This document shows positions 62,701 to 64,000 of a DNA stretch of 64,000 nt, piece by piece (positions within the stretch are counted from its first letter, which is position 1; each line of letters opens with the position of its first letter). The notes under the pieces are model-generated. The model worked only from the letters and a program-made list of their open reading frames with translations. It ran no database searches and was not told the DNA's origin. The stretch is from Lama guanicoe (lineage: Eukaryota): the NCBI GenBank assembly GCA_013239625.1, contig MU054212.1:7724270-7788269 (forward strand), read 5' to 3'. The translations under genes were made by a program, and so were the position numbers.

Positions 62701-64000
62701 AACAGTGGCACACCCAATTTGCAGTTATTAAACTGTTACTTACACCGCTAAGCCATCATAAATTAAGTCCAGATCCTGCAGTTTAACAAAATCCCAAGTT
62801 TTATTTGAGTCTTTGTCAGACTCAACAGAGTCACCTATTTTGGATGATTCTTTGTGAATTCCTTCCTGAAATAAAGTTACTTAGATCCCTACTGTCCATT
62901 GAAAGTGCTCTTTTGCCCGGCATTTAAGCAGAGGATTTGCAAAAATGAGTGTTTTCTCTTTTTGGAGCGCACAGAAATATTAATATGCCTGCTGCTGGGA
63001 TTCGTCTGTTATTTAGTTCTATTTTTATTTCCTCCTTTAATGAATTAGAGTCTCCCTACTTCTGTCTTAGAAACTCATTTGTTTCTAATACATGGTTGCT
63101 GTGAATCCTTGAATCCTGGATTCCCTCTACAGCCAGTAGGCATCAGACAAGACCTCAAAATTGGATAACTGACTGCACTGAGGGAAATCCTGCCAAATCT
63201 ACCATCAAAGTTACTTAGAGCCAGAGAAGAGCATTAATTTCACAGCTTGGTATTTGAACCATTAAAAATTCTAGAATCCTCAATCCAGCTGGTAGTGCCT
63301 ATTCTGAATAGACTCTGAATAGTCACGGGTCAGTCACATCAGCTCATTCGACAGGGTGTGACTACAAAGTAGAACGAGGAAGCCATAGTAACGGCAAAAG
63401 TCATTGAGGAAGTGCCTTGTTAATTTCACCTGCAGAAGCACCAAGTATATTCATATTTTTTTTCTGATGTAAATAAAGCCAAGTAAATGATGATTTCTAC
63501 TCTGGGTAACTGAAGAGCTTCAGGTTAAATACTTTCTAACAGAAAAGCACTACCCAGAACTAAGGCATTGATGCCGTGTTGCGTAATGAGATCAGTCTTC
63601 TGGGGCACACAGCCTCCTAAATCGTCTAGAAGACAATGCCTTTCTGTCATCAGGATGTGCTTTACCCTTAAACAAACCACCAGTTGGGTGACTACTTCTG
63701 TATTTTCAACACGAGCCTGTATTTTCCTTAAAAAGTTAGAAGGTAGAGAATATGGTTCAAATTTGAATTGATGGTTGAAAGGGTCATTTTGATGAATTGC
63801 CATATTTTCGTGCTGTGGCAGAATTTATGTTGTCACACCCAGTACCTAATCCTAACCCTGTTCACTTTTCCTATGCTGCTGTACAGGTCATAACGTGTAT
63901 AGATTGTCTTTTCCAGTCTCTCTTGTAAGTATGAGTGACGATGTGACACAGTTCTAACCACTGAGACATAGGTGGCTGTCTGCTGGCGCTGCCTCTGCTC

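Noticed and set aside
1..64000. Prokaryotic-type systems (CRISPR arrays, operons, defence islands) or a novel gene cluster
   Set aside because: The sequence is mammalian; there are no repeat-spacer arrays and no dense coding regions.

Overview
Mammalian genomic DNA, AT-rich and repeat-dense, very probably from a camelid (alpaca/camel): it carries two short tRNA-derived SINEs of the camelid type. I find no protein-coding exon. The central feature is a CpG island (~35240-36520, interrupted by a 410-N gap). It holds a + strand promoter and a non-coding first exon ending at AAG|GTGTGT (35515/35516). From memory this exon matches the 5' UTR of alpha-dystrobrevin (DTNA); I could not verify that by alignment. 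On that reading, 1-35.2 kb is upstream intergenic DNA and 35.5-64 kb is the start of a long first intron. The rest is L1, L2, MIR, MaLR/ERV LTR and hAT/Tigger fossils, several with readable target-site duplications. Repeat subfamily names are from recall and boundaries are approximate unless a TSD is quoted. The ORF track is almost entirely noise, apart from decayed L1 ORF2 fragments. I see no evidence of a new multi-gene system. The best leads are a two-part L1 chimera inside one TSD pair (58.6-59.0 kb), two related LTRs (one internally deleted, one with extra sequence), a uORF/Z-DNA/G4 arrangement at the promoter, and several intronic motif clusters.
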